This document shows, piece by piece, positions 1-9,605 of a stretch of DNA of 64,000 nucleotides. Below the pieces are notes generated by a model. The model did not search any database. It was not told the DNA's origin and was given only the letters and a program-made list of their open reading frames with translations. Source of the DNA: Verrucomicrobiales bacterium (GTDB lineage: Bacteria; Verrucomicrobiota; Verrucomicrobiia; Limisphaerales; J093); NCBI GenBank assembly GCA_037439785.1, contig JBBIVJ010000008.1:44686-108685 (forward strand), read 5' to 3'. How positions within the stretch are numbered: the first letter of the stretch is position 1; the number at the start of each line of letters is the position of its first letter. A program made the position numbers and the translations under genes.

Positions 1-1
1 G

Positions 2-820
2 AACGGCATCGTCGTGGGCTATTCGACTTACGTTGGCCCTTACGGCCCCATCGTCTGGACTTCCCTCAACTACACCCCGCAGCTCCTGCCCCTCCCTCAG
101 GGTTACTACGGCGGTCAAGCCCGAGACATCACCGAGGACAACGCCATCATCGGTTTTTCCGACCTAGGGTACAATAATCCCCGGGTGATCCGCTGGGACT
201 GGACGGGGTCGAGTTGGCTGGAATGGCCGATCGGAGCGCCTACCGACGGAAAAGCCCAAGCCTTTGCGATCAGCGGCGGACTGCGGATTTGCGGCAAGGC
301 GGTCTTCACCCAGGGCGGACCTTGGCTGGGATTTACCTCGCTGGTATTTGTTAATGATTTTTCTGCAATTCAGTCCTTGGGCACCTTCGGCGGCACCTCC
401 AGTGAGGCGTGGGACGTGCACGATGCCAGCGGCACGGTGGGGTGGGCGCACAAATGGATTGCGGGCGCGAATTATCCGCGGGCCTTTCTGGTGCCACCCG
501 AGGTGTACACCCTCGCTCCGGCCCATGAACTGCCGGGGTTTGCCGGCCAATCCCCCACCGGGACGTGGCGGAGTTTCGCCTACGGAGTGAACGGCTGCGC
601 CCAGGTCGTGGGCAGCGCCCAGAGCGCCAGCGGCCCGTACCGCGCCTTCCTCTGGCAACCGGGCTGGGCCTCGCTGCAGGACCTTACGGACCGGGTGGGA
701 TTGTCGGGATGGGTCCTGACCAGCGCCGCCGCCATCAGCGACGCCGGCCACATCGTGGGCACCGGGACCAAGAACGGCGCCAGCCGGCAATGGTTGATTT
801 ATCCCCTACCCCAGGAGTGA
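2..820 (+). CDS. HAF-repeat-like extracellular beta-propeller protein (5'-partial)
   Basis: Frame is open from the window edge; repeated motifs SLGTFGGTSSEAWDV, AYGVN..QVVG, RAFLW, ending DL..RVG..GWVLTSAAAISDAGHIVG. Confidence 0.75.
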   Translation, partial: NGIVVGYSTYVGPYGPIVWTSLNYTPQLLPLPQGYYGGQARDITEDNAIIGFSDLGYNNPRVIRWDWTGSSWLEWPIGAPTDGKAQAFAISGGLRICGKAVFTQGGPWLGFTSLVFVNDFSAIQSLGTFGGTSSEAWDVHDASGTVGWAHKWIAGANYPRAFLVPPEVYTLAPAHELPGFAGQSPTGTWRSFAYGVNGCAQVVGSAQSASGPYRAFLWQPGWASLQDLTDRVGLSGWVLTSAAAISDAGHIVGTGTKNGASRQWLIYPLPQE

Positions 821-823
821 GCC

Positions 824-1723
824 ATGAACGCCGTTCACTTTTTGCGCCGCCCGGAAGCGGGCCGCCGGGACACTGACACGGCTTTTACCCTGATCGAACT
901 GCTGGTGGTCCTGGCCATTCTGGCCATCCTGGCAGGACTGCTCCTGCCGGCCCTGAGCCGGGCCAAACTCAGGGCCGGCGGCGCCGTCTGCATCAACAAC
1001 CAGCGTCAACTGCTGCTGGCGTGGCGCATGTATGCCGATGACAACCACAACTGGCTGGTCCCCAACTCCCCATACAATCGGCTCGTCTACCCTGGCACGG
1101 GGCTGGGGCCATACAAGCGATGGTCTCCCTCCTGGTCGCTGGGATACCATGGTTATCACAGCCCGGACGCCACCAACGTGGACTACTTGATGGGGGATCG
1201 GGAAGGCTCGTTGGGTCGCTACGTGCAAAATGTGCGGCTCTTCCGATGTCCGGCAGACCGTTCCCAAGCCACGCTGGCCGACGGCCGTTCCTACCCGCGA
1301 CTGCGCAGCTACACCATGAACGCAAGCATGGGGTATATCCCCCATGAGCGTGATCTGTATTTTCTGTATCGCTTCCTCAAGATGGATGATTGGGCTAACT
1401 TGGCCCGGCCCGGTTGGATCGTCTTCATGGATACTCACGAGGACCGCATGGAGAATTGCAGGTACTTCTTCGCCCGGTCAGCAAATTTCGGAATTTGGGG
1501 CACTCAGCCGGCCAGCCGCCATGGGAAGGCCGGAACACTGGGTTACGTGGACGGCCATGTTGAACTTCATCGCTGGTTGGAACCCAGCACGATGCCCCCC
1601 GTCACGGGTAAAGCTCAGAACGGATTTGGTGTCTATGGTAGCCGGGATTTGGATTATCTTTGGACCCGCTCCTTCAAGCGCCTGCCCACAACTAGCAACC
1701 GGGGCTTGGATGTTGACTACTAG
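824..1723 (+). CDS. Prepilin-type N-terminal cleavage/methylation protein with H-X9-DG motif (PVC family)
   Basis: [53 protein letters not shown]. Confidence 0.92.
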   Translation: MNAVHFLRRPEAGRRDTDTAFTLIELLVVLAILAILAGLLLPALSRAKLRAGGAVCINNQRQLLLAWRMYADDNHNWLVPNSPYNRLVYPGTGLGPYKRWSPSWSLGYHGYHSPDATNVDYLMGDREGSLGRYVQNVRLFRCPADRSQATLADGRSYPRLRSYTMNASMGYIPHERDLYFLYRFLKMDDWANLARPGWIVFMDTHEDRMENCRYFFARSANFGIWGTQPASRHGKAGTLGYVDGHVELHRWLEPSTMPPVTGKAQNGFGVYGSRDLDYLWTRSFKRLPTTSNRGLDVDY

Positions 1724-1806
1724 AAACTTTTCAGGTAGCGGATTGGCCTGTTGACCCTCTGGCCGGCCCCCCCGGCGACGGAGCCAGCCAACGTGCATCG
1801 CGGAAA

Positions 1807-1932
1807 AGCTGCCTGGTCGGTCGTGTTGAATCCGGCCTGGTCCTGGACGCCTGGCGACACGGGGGCCGGCTCTACTGGGCGCCACTGCGCGCGGACAAGT
1901 ACCCCTGGACCCTCGCCGACGCCGCGGAGTGA
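1807..1932 (+). pseudogene. C-terminal remnant of a hypothetical protein gene
   Basis: Reads ...SGLVLDAWRHGGRLYWAPLRADKYPWTLADAAE* with genome-typical codons but no suitable start; not in the ORF track. Confidence 0.5.
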
Positions 1933-1990
1933 GCGGGCTCCACCGTCGCGGTCATTGTCGCGCCCCACCCGGCCCTCTATCCTCGCGGCA

Positions 1991-3283
1991 ATGAGCGAAC
2001 CGCTCCCGCCCTGCATCGAACTGCTCAACACCGGCTCCGAACTGCTCCTGGGCCGGGTCCTCAACACCCACCAGCAATGGCTCTGTCGCCAGTTCGCCGA
2101 CGCCGGCTACGTGGTGGCCCGCCAGACGGCCGTGGCAGACACGGCCCGCGAAATCGCCGGAGCCGTGCGCGAGGCCCTGGGCCGGGCGGACCTGGTGGTG
2201 GTCACCGGCGGGCTCGGGCCGACCGCGGACGACCTCACCCGCGACGCCCTGGCCGAGTTGGTGGGCCGCCCGCTGTGCGAAGACCCGGCCGTGGTGGCGC
2301 ACCTGCGCGCCTGGTATGCGGCGCGGGGCCGCACGCCCACGCCGGCGGTGATGGTCCAGGCGCGCGTGCCCGAGGGCGCCATCGTGCTGCCCAACGCCCA
2401 CGGCACCGCCCCAGGCCTGTTGCTCGAAGTGCGGCCCAACCCGCATTCCCCCGCGGGTCGGCCGGCCTGGCTGGTCCTGTTGCCCGGCCCGCCGCGCGAG
2501 CTGCGGCCCATGTTCACCGAACAGGTACTGCCCCGGGTCCGGCGGACGTTCCCGCTCCCGGCGCCGTTTGTCTGCCGCACGCTGCGCACCACCGGTGTGC
2601 CCGAGTCCGCGATGGAAGCGCGCCTGGCTGGCCCGCTGGCCCCGCTGGAGGCGCGTGGTCTGGAAGTCGGCTACTGCGCCCGTCCCGGTGAGGTGGACGT
2701 GCGGCTGGCCGCCCGCACCGCGGACGCCGCGACCCTCGTGGCCGGGGCGGTGGCGGTGGTGCTGAGCGAGGTCGGCCGGCACGTGTACGGCGAGGAAGAC
2801 GAAACCCTCGAGGCCGTGGTGGTGCGCACCCTGACCGGGCAGGGCCGGACACTGGCCGTGGCCGAGTCCTGCACCGGCGGGCAGCTGGCCAGCCGCATCA
2901 CCGATGTGCCCGGGGCGTCGCAGGTCTTTCTGGGCGGGTGGGTGACCTACGCCAATGCGCTCAAGGAACGGCTGGTGGGCGTCCGGCCGGCCACCCTGGC
3001 CGAGCACGGCGCGGTGAGCGAAGCGACCGCGCGCGAGATGGCCGAAGGGGCGCGCGCCCGCAGCGGGGCGGACTTTGCCCTGGCCATCACCGGCATTGCC
3101 GGGCCCACCGGGGGCACGCCGGACAAGCCGGTGGGCACGGTGTTCATCGCCCTGGCCTCGGCCACCGGCACGGAGGTGCGGCAACATCTCAACGGCCTGG
3201 ACCGAACCACCTTCAAGCACGTCACGTCCCAGCAGGCGCTTGAACAACTGCGCCAGCGGCTGCTGGAAGAGCCGGCGAGGTAG
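1991..3283 (+). CDS. cinA: Competence/damage-inducible protein CinA (MoCF-binding domain plus NMN deamidase domain)
   Basis: GSELLLG..LNTH, TGGLGPTADDLT, LPGPPREL, AESCTGG, ITGIAGPTGG, KPVGTV; ATG 1991 chosen. Confidence 0.93.
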   Translation: MSEPLPPCIELLNTGSELLLGRVLNTHQQWLCRQFADAGYVVARQTAVADTAREIAGAVREALGRADLVVVTGGLGPTADDLTRDALAELVGRPLCEDPAVVAHLRAWYAARGRTPTPAVMVQARVPEGAIVLPNAHGTAPGLLLEVRPNPHSPAGRPAWLVLLPGPPRELRPMFTEQVLPRVRRTFPLPAPFVCRTLRTTGVPESAMEARLAGPLAPLEARGLEVGYCARPGEVDVRLAARTADAATLVAGAVAVVLSEVGRHVYGEEDETLEAVVVRTLTGQGRTLAVAESCTGGQLASRITDVPGASQVFLGGWVTYANALKERLVGVRPATLAEHGAVSEATAREMAEGARARSGADFALAITGIAGPTGGTPDKPVGTVFIALASATGTEVRQHLNGLDRTTFKHVTSQQALEQLRQRLLEEPAR

Positions 3284-3469
3284 GCGCATTCGCAGGCCGG
3301 GTATCGAATCTCAGATGTCGGTCGCCCCCGCCGTGAGGCGGCGGGCCATCGGCCGGCGGGCCGGCTTTCGCCGGGCCGGTGGCCGCCCTACCCCGCTCCG
3401 CCGTCCTGAAGTACCGCTGTCCTCTGCCGATTTCTCCGGCCGATTGGCCGAAAACCGCGCGGGCTTCCC

Positions 3470-3841
3470 TCACGGCGTCCCGTCTCGCCGCCGCGTTGTC
3501 CGCCGCGCCGCCACCTGAAACAGGTCCAGGTGCGGGTCGCGCAGGAAGCCGTAGCGCTTGAGCAGGCGCACGGTTTGGAGCAGGTAGGACTTCTGGTAAT
3601 TGCGGTTGGTCTCGACCTGTTCAATGAGGTCGGCCACGATGGCGCGGACCAGGCGGGAGAGGTCGGCGGGTTCCAGCACCGCGGGCAACGTCACCGGTTC
3701 GGCCGGCGGCAGGGGGTTGACCACCGGAAAATCAATGTCCGGTTCCGCGCCCGGGTGGGGGGTGACGTATTTGCGGCATTGTCGGACCAGCAACCCCCGT
3801 TGCTCGAGGCATTCCCGGACGAGGGTTTCGCTGACCGCCAT
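3470..3841 (-). CDS. Hypothetical protein, possibly internally deleted
   Basis: ETLVRE..E..G.LVRQ.RKY, DIDF.V.NP, ADLIEQVETNRNYQKS; starts 13 nt after the aroB stop. Confidence 0.6.
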   Translation of the reverse strand: MAVSETLVRECLEQRGLLVRQCRKYVTPHPGAEPDIDFPVVNPLPPAEPVTLPAVLEPADLSRLVRAIVADLIEQVETNRNYQKSYLLQTVRLLKRYGFLRDPHLDLFQVAARRTTRRRDGTP

Positions 3842-3854
3842 GGCGCGGGCCGGT

Positions 3855-4937
3855 TCAGACGGTGAGGCTTTCCAGAATCATCTTGTCCGGCACGCTCACG
3901 CCCCAGCGCACCCGCCCCAGGGCCTCCGCCAGCACGAACCTCGGTCGGCCGCCGCTGGCCTTTTTGTCCAGTTGCATGGCCTTGAGAAGCTGCTTCTGCT
4001 GGGCGGCGGACAACCGCACTTCCGTGGGCAGGCCGGCGCGATCGAACAGGACCCGGACCCGCTCGGCGTCCGCCTCGGGCAGGCCGGTCAGGCGGGTGGA
4101 CAGGCGCGCCGCGGCGCACTGGCCGATGGCGATGGCCTCGCCGTGGAGGTACTGGGAGTAGCCGGTGATGGCCTCGAGGGCGTGGCCGATGGTGTGGCCG
4201 AAGTTGAGCACCGCCCGCAAGCCCGCCTCGGTCTCGTCGCGGGCCACGACCTCGGCCTTGATTTCGCAGGAGCGGGCCACCATCGCCCCCAGGGTGGCCT
4301 CCTCGCGGCCGAGCAGCCGGTCCAGATCGCGCTCGAGCAGCTCGAACAGGGCGGCATCGCGGATGATGCCGTACTTGATCACCTCGGCCACGCCGGCGCG
4401 GAACTCGCGCTCGGGCAGGGTGTCGAGCGTGGCCAGGTCGCAGAAGACCAGGCGGGGCTGGTGGAAGACGCCCACCAGGTTCTTGCCGGCCGGCAGGTTC
4501 ACGCCGGTCTTGCCGCCCACCGAACTGTCCACCTGCGCCAGCAGGGTGGTGGGCAGTTGCACCAGGCCGATGCCGCGGAGGTAGGTGCCGGCCACAAAGC
4601 CCGCCACGTCCCCCACCACGCCGCCGCCCAGGGCCACCACAAACGAACGCCGCTCCAGTCGGTGCTCGGCCAGCTGATGATACAGCGCCTCGACCTGCGC
4701 CAGCTGCTTGGAGGCCTCGCCCGCCGGCAGGGTCACCACCAGCGGCTCGAACCCCGCCTTGCGCAGGCTGTCGAGCACGCGCGGGCTGTGACGCGGGCCC
4801 ACTTGCTCATCCGTGACCACGACACACCGCGGAGCGAAACCCAGCTTCACACACGCGCGCCCCAACCGGTCCGCCAGCCGGCGCCCGATCACGATCGAGT
4901 AGGAACGCGTACCCAGAGGCACTTTGACCGTCCGCAT
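3855..4937 (-). CDS. aroB: 3-dehydroquinate synthase
   Basis: GEASK, ALGGGVVGDVAGF, PTTLLAQVDSSVGGKTGVN, LNFGHTIGHALE, HGEAIAIG, DKK. Confidence 0.97.
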   Translation of the reverse strand: MRTVKVPLGTRSYSIVIGRRLADRLGRACVKLGFAPRCVVVTDEQVGPRHSPRVLDSLRKAGFEPLVVTLPAGEASKQLAQVEALYHQLAEHRLERRSFVVALGGGVVGDVAGFVAGTYLRGIGLVQLPTTLLAQVDSSVGGKTGVNLPAGKNLVGVFHQPRLVFCDLATLDTLPEREFRAGVAEVIKYGIIRDAALFELLERDLDRLLGREEATLGAMVARSCEIKAEVVARDETEAGLRAVLNFGHTIGHALEAITGYSQYLHGEAIAIGQCAAARLSTRLTGLPEADAERVRVLFDRAGLPTEVRLSAAQQKQLLKAMQLDKKASGGRPRFVLAEALGRVRWGVSVPDKMILESLTV

Positions 4938-4943
4938 GGTTCG

Positions 4944-4971
4944 AGTCTAGGGAGCCACGCCAACCTGTCAA
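4944..4971 (-). promoter_or_regulatory. Sigma70-type promoter of aroB (leaderless)
   Basis: TTGACA-16 nt-TAGACT on the minus strand, 6 nt before ATG 4937. Confidence 0.7.
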
Positions 4972-7322
4972 AGGACACCGTCGCCGCCCGTCCTCGCCCC
5001 GGCGGGGTCCGCTCCCCGCCGCCCGGCCGCGTCCCCCGCCGTCTCCGCGACCGGTCGTTCCCGCAACAGGCAGGCCGGCACCCCCGCCGTCACGCCCGCC
5101 CACGCCGCCGCAAACGCCCCCGCCAGCAGCGCCCCAAACTGCCGCACCGGCGGGAACGACGACACCCCCAACACGCCACACACCCCGATCAAGATCACCG
5201 AGGTCCACACCACCGGAGGCCCCTTTACCGCCAGGGCCTCGATCCACGCCTCCCGCACCCCCCGCCCCGCCCGCCGCCCCGCCTGCCAGTGCGTCAGCAG
5301 GTGCACGGCGTCGTCCACCACCACCCCCAGGGCCAGCGCCCCCACCATCACCGTGATCGAGTTCAACGGCACCCCCGCCCAGCCGGCGCCGGCCAGGGCC
5401 CCCGCCACCGCCAGGAGGTTCACCCCCAGGGCCAGCCCCGCCAGCCGCAGCGCGCGCCACAGCACGGTCAGCGTCAGACCGATCACCCCCGCCGCCAGCA
5501 CCGCACTGCGGGCCTGACGGCGCAGCAACTGCCGGTCCGCCTCCAGCCACGCGTGCAGCCCCTGCTCGGCCGAGACCGTGACCGCCGGCGGGCACAGCCG
5601 TTCCGCCGCACGGACCACCGCGGCAATCCGCTCCAGATACGTCCGCGCCGGCAAATGCCGCGCGCGCAGCACCAGGTACGCCGTGCGGAACTCCCCATCC
5701 ACCAGCGCCGACAGGTACGGAAAATCCCCGCCCCGCAGCGCCGCGGCAAACAGCGCCACCAGCAGCGGCTGCTCCGGCAGTCGCCGCGCCTCCGGTCGGC
5801 CGCCCTCCCAGACCTCGTGGGCCAGCGCCAGCACCTGGGCATACGAATACACCCCGGTGAACTCGGGAAGCACCGCTGCCTGCCGGTGCACGGCCTCGAG
5901 GCAGCGCAGAAACTCGGGCGCGTTCACCCCGTTGGGCGCGCCGCTGTCCAGGGCAATCCGCACCACCTGGTAGCCGCCATACACGGCCTCCCACGTCTCG
6001 AGGGTCTGGCGGGTCTCGCTGGCCGCCGGCAACAACGCCGCCAGGGGCACGTCCGTGCGCAGGCGCACCAGCCCGGCCAGGGTCCCCACCGCCACCAGCC
6101 CCGCCGCAACCCCCAACCCGCCGCGGCGGCGGGCCAACGTCCCCACCCACCACGCGGCCCATTGCCAGGGCCACTCCGTCCGCATTCCCCCTTCACCGTG
6201 ACCGGGGGGCCGGCCCGCCGCGCCCAGCTCCAGCAGCGCCACCGTCGGCCCCAGGGTGAACGCCCATGCCGCGCCCACCCCTGCCGCGCCCAGCAACCCA
6301 AACTCCCGCATGGGACCCGCCCCGCTTGCCGCCAGGGCCAGCAACCCCAACACCGTGGTCCATGCGGAAAAGGCCGCCGGCCGTTGCACCACCCCCAGCG
6401 CCGCACGCAGGGCGGCCGGCCCGCGGGCCCCCGCCGCCCCGGCCTGTTGCCACGCCGTCAGCAGGTGCAGGAGCAACGTCAGGTGCACGGCGGAGACCAG
6501 CGGCACCACCGGCGCGGTGAACACGGTCAGCGGCCGGCCCGCCAGGTGAAAAAGGCCCGGCAGCAGGGCCAGCACCGCCGCCTGGTTGGCCAGCGCGAAC
6601 CCCACGCAGCGGGCGGACCTCAACGCCACCCCCAGCACCGCCAGCACCACCGCCGCCGCCGCCGGCACAAACCGCCTCACCTCCCGCCGCAACGTGGCGC
6701 GGAGTTCCCGCTCGATGCGCGGCAGCGCCAGCACCTGCAACCTCCAGCCCGCCTCCCGGAACGGCGCCAGGGCCGCGTCCAGCCGCGCGTTCCACGCGGC
6801 GCGTTCGGCGGCGGACTCCGGCCGACCGGCCAGCGTGGCCGTCACCAGCGTGTGCCGGCCGTCGGCGCTGACCATCACCTGACGGATGAGCGGGTGGTTC
6901 AGGCAGTAGTCGCGGAAGGCCGCCAGCCGCGCACCATCCCAGGGCGGGTCCGGCAGCAGCGGCACCATCTCGAAGCGGAAGCCGCGCCGGACCGGCCGCA
7001 CCGCATGGGTGAGGCTCTTGAGTTCGAGCACTCCCGGCAGCCGGCCCAGCGCCTCGGTGAGCTGGCGCACCCGTTCCAGCCCGTCGGCGGTGAAGAGGTC
7101 CGGGGCCTCGAGGCTCACCGCCACCACCTCGTTTTCCCCCACGATGGCCCGCACCTGCCGGTACGCCTCTTCACTGCGTTGGTCCCCCGCCAGCAGCGTG
7201 GCCGGATCGGCGCTGACTGCGAAGCGCGCCAGCGGCTGCAGCAACGGCAGGGCCGCCAGCGCCACCCCCAGCAGGGTTGCGCGCGGAAAGCGCAGAAAGG
7301 GATTCCTTTCGCCGGCCGTCAC
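4968..7322 (-). CDS. MMPL/RND-family membrane transporter
   Basis: Two repeats of TM-periplasmic loop-5TM; ALGVVVDDAVH, SFPPVRQFG, PMREFG. Confidence 0.85.
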   Translation of the reverse strand: MTAGERNPFLRFPRATLLGVALAALPLLQPLARFAVSADPATLLAGDQRSEEAYRQVRAIVGENEVVAVSLEAPDLFTADGLERVRQLTEALGRLPGVLELKSLTHAVRPVRRGFRFEMVPLLPDPPWDGARLAAFRDYCLNHPLIRQVMVSADGRHTLVTATLAGRPESAAERAAWNARLDAALAPFREAGWRLQVLALPRIERELRATLRREVRRFVPAAAAVVLAVLGVALRSARCVGFALANQAAVLALLPGLFHLAGRPLTVFTAPVVPLVSAVHLTLLLHLLTAWQQAGAAGARGPAALRAALGVVQRPAAFSAWTTVLGLLALAASGAGPMREFGLLGAAGVGAAWAFTLGPTVALLELGAAGRPPGHGEGGMRTEWPWQWAAWWVGTLARRRGGLGVAAGLVAVGTLAGLVRLRTDVPLAALLPAASETRQTLETWEAVYGGYQVVRIALDSGAPNGVNAPEFLRCLEAVHRQAAVLPEFTGVYSYAQVLALAHEVWEGGRPEARRLPEQPLLVALFAAALRGGDFPYLSALVDGEFRTAYLVLRARHLPARTYLERIAAVVRAAERLCPPAVTVSAEQGLHAWLEADRQLLRRQARSAVLAAGVIGLTLTVLWRALRLAGLALGVNLLAVAGALAGAGWAGVPLNSITVMVGALALGVVVDDAVHLLTHWQAGRRAGRGVREAWIEALAVKGPPVVWTSVILIGVCGVLGVSSFPPVRQFGALLAGAFAAAWAGVTAGVPACLLRERPVAETAGDAAGRRGADPAGARTGGDGVL

Positions 7323-7367
7323 CGCTCCGCAGGTTAACGGTCGGTCCCGGCGCGCGCAGTCAAAAGC

Positions 7368-9605
7368 TCACGCCGCGGTCGCCGGGCGGCGGCGTCCCCG
7401 GACCGTGGCGGCCACGCCCCCGGCCGCGCACGCCAGGGCTGCGAGGACCGCCAGCCCGCCGGTGAAGGGCCAACCCGTGGGCCGGTAGCGCAAGGTCAGC
7501 ACCGCCGGCGTGACGCTGGCCGGGACTTCGAGTTCGGAGAAACACGGTATCACCGGCCGCAGCGGCACCGGTCGGCCGTCCAGTTCCGTGCGCCAGCCCG
7601 GGTAGGCCGTGTCGGTCCAGAGCAGCGTCCCGGCCGGTCCGGGTTCGAGCGTGACGCGCTGTTCGTTCAGGGAAACCATCTCGACCCGGAACGCACGCGG
7701 CGCCGCCCCCTGCCATTGAAAAGCCGCCGGCCCACGGTCCGGGCGCGGCGGATCGAAGCGCCCCACCGGCCGGCCCGGCTCGGGCGTGGTGTAGGTGGCG
7801 TCGGCCACGCGCGCCGCCCACGCCTCCTGCTCGGCCGGCGGCAGCGTGAGGAAGCTGCGGGGCACCAGCGCCGAGTAGCCGTGCAGGACGCGCACCCCCG
7901 CCAGGTGACCGAGGCAGTTGGGGAAGACCTGGTCGTACACCGTGGGCGCCACTTCCCGCAGCCGGTGCGGCGTGCCGGCCAGTTCGGCGGCCACGCGGCG
8001 CTGCTCGGGTCCGCCCGCCAGCAACAGCTCCCACATCCGCAGGGGATGGTTGGGGAGGAAGCGCCCGTAAAAGAGCGCCACGGGGGCCAGGTTCAGCACC
8101 AGCAGCGCGGGCCACACGCCCGGCCGACGCCGCCAGTCCGGCCACAGGCAAAGGCCGGCCACCGCCAGCAGACCCAGCGTGGCCAGCACGGTCTCGGGAT
8201 TTCGCACCGAGATTTCGCGCGGCAGGTTGCGGGCCTGAAACTCCCGCAGCGCCGGCGCCGCGCTCAGGGCGCTGCGGCCGGCCGCCTCCTGCTGAAACCT
8301 GGCCAGCACGCGCGGCAGCAGGCGCGGGTACACCACGAAGGCCGTCAGGTTCAGCACCAACGTCGTGCCCAGGGCCAGCGCCCCCAGACCCAGCCCCCAG
8401 CCGCGACGCGCCGCCGTCTCCGCCCGCAGGACCTCGATCCCCAACGCGGCCAGGACCAGCCCCCCCAGCACCCCCAGCCCCGCCGCGCGCGTGTACAACA
8501 GCGCCTGCAACGGCGTGGACAGGATCAGCAGGTAGGCCAGCACCAACCCCAGGGCCGTGCGCCAGATTTCGGGCCGCGGCGCCCGGGCCCGTCCCCGCAC
8601 CGCCCCCGGCAACGCCAGCGCCATCGCCGCCGAGCCGAGGTACAGCGCAAACCCCAGCCCGGTCTGGCCGAAAACTTTCGACAGGTCCAGCGACCGGAAG
8701 GTGCCCAGGGCCCACGGATGAAAGGCCGTCAGCGACGCCAGCCCGCTCAGCCACGCCACCGGCGCCAGCGGCACCGGCACGGGCCGGACACTCAGCCGGT
8801 AAAACTCGACCTGCGCCACCAGCACCGGCGCGGCCAGGAGCGCGCCCAGCGCCCCCGTGCCTGCCACCAGCGGCAGCACCCGCCGCCAGGCGGACGCCGA
8901 CCGGCCGCCGTAGCCGATCACAAACACCAGCGCAAAGACCACCAGATAGGCATGCGACTGGAGGTTGCCGGCGTAAAAAATGCCCGCCACGGCCAGCCCG
9001 GCCGCGGGCCAGGCCCACCGGCGGCGTTCGGCCAGCCACACGTCCCACGCCACCCACAGCCAGGGGTAGTAGAGGAACGCACCGGTGTTCCAGGGATGGC
9101 CGAAGAACAGGGCGTGGTAGCCGGCGCACTGCCCGGCCAGCGCCAGGCCCACGCTCGAGGTCACGCTGAAACCCCAGCGCCGCAGCAGCACCAGCAGCCC
9201 GGCACCGCTCAGCGCCCAATGCAGGATGAGGGTCCAGTTGTAGGCCGGCGCGAAAGGGAGCAGGGCATAGCAGAGCAGCCGGACGGGGTCGGTGCCGTTG
9301 ACGTGGGCATCGGCCAGCAGCGGCCGGCCGCCGAAGGTGTACGGGTCCCACCAGGGCACCTCACCGCGCCGCCAGGCCTGGTACACGGTGTGTTGGAGCG
9401 GCAGGTCGTAGGTGAGCTGGTCAATGACGTAGTGGTTGGCCGGGATGCCGGAATGCTCCGGGTCCATCCAGCGGTACTCGGCCAGCAACGCGGGCGCCAG
9501 GTCCAGCGGCGCCAGCAGGCGACTGCCCCAGAGCGCGCCGTGGAACAACCCCAGGGCCAGCGCGACGCTGGCCAGGAGCCAGACCCCCCAGGCGCGCCGG
9601 TTCAT
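7368..9605 (-). CDS. YfhO-like polytopic membrane protein (GT-C type glycosyltransferase candidate)
   Basis: GEVPWWDPYTFGGRPLLA, many TM helices, C-terminal TAYPGWR..LDG, LRYRP. Confidence 0.75.
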   Translation of the reverse strand: MNRRAWGVWLLASVALALGLFHGALWGSRLLAPLDLAPALLAEYRWMDPEHSGIPANHYVIDQLTYDLPLQHTVYQAWRRGEVPWWDPYTFGGRPLLADAHVNGTDPVRLLCYALLPFAPAYNWTLILHWALSGAGLLVLLRRWGFSVTSSVGLALAGQCAGYHALFFGHPWNTGAFLYYPWLWVAWDVWLAERRRWAWPAAGLAVAGIFYAGNLQSHAYLVVFALVFVIGYGGRSASAWRRVLPLVAGTGALGALLAAPVLVAQVEFYRLSVRPVPVPLAPVAWLSGLASLTAFHPWALGTFRSLDLSKVFGQTGLGFALYLGSAAMALALPGAVRGRARAPRPEIWRTALGLVLAYLLILSTPLQALLYTRAAGLGVLGGLVLAALGIEVLRAETAARRGWGLGLGALALGTTLVLNLTAFVVYPRLLPRVLARFQQEAAGRSALSAAPALREFQARNLPREISVRNPETVLATLGLLAVAGLCLWPDWRRRPGVWPALLVLNLAPVALFYGRFLPNHPLRMWELLLAGGPEQRRVAAELAGTPHRLREVAPTVYDQVFPNCLGHLAGVRVLHGYSALVPRSFLTLPPAEQEAWAARVADATYTTPEPGRPVGRFDPPRPDRGPAAFQWQGAAPRAFRVEMVSLNEQRVTLEPGPAGTLLWTDTAYPGWRTELDGRPVPLRPVIPCFSELEVPASVTPAVLTLRYRPTGWPFTGGLAVLAALACAAGGVAATVRGRRRPATAA

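Noticed and set aside
4938-4957. GGTTCGAGTC...GAGCCA resembling a tRNA T-arm/3' end (possible att site)
   Set aside because: T-stem does not pair properly and the acceptor segment is too short; better explained as the aroB promoter on the opposite strand
3600-7337. 1245-aa plus-strand ORF
   Set aside because: Antisense shadow of aroB and MMPL; low-complexity R/P/Q sequence typical of high-GC DNA
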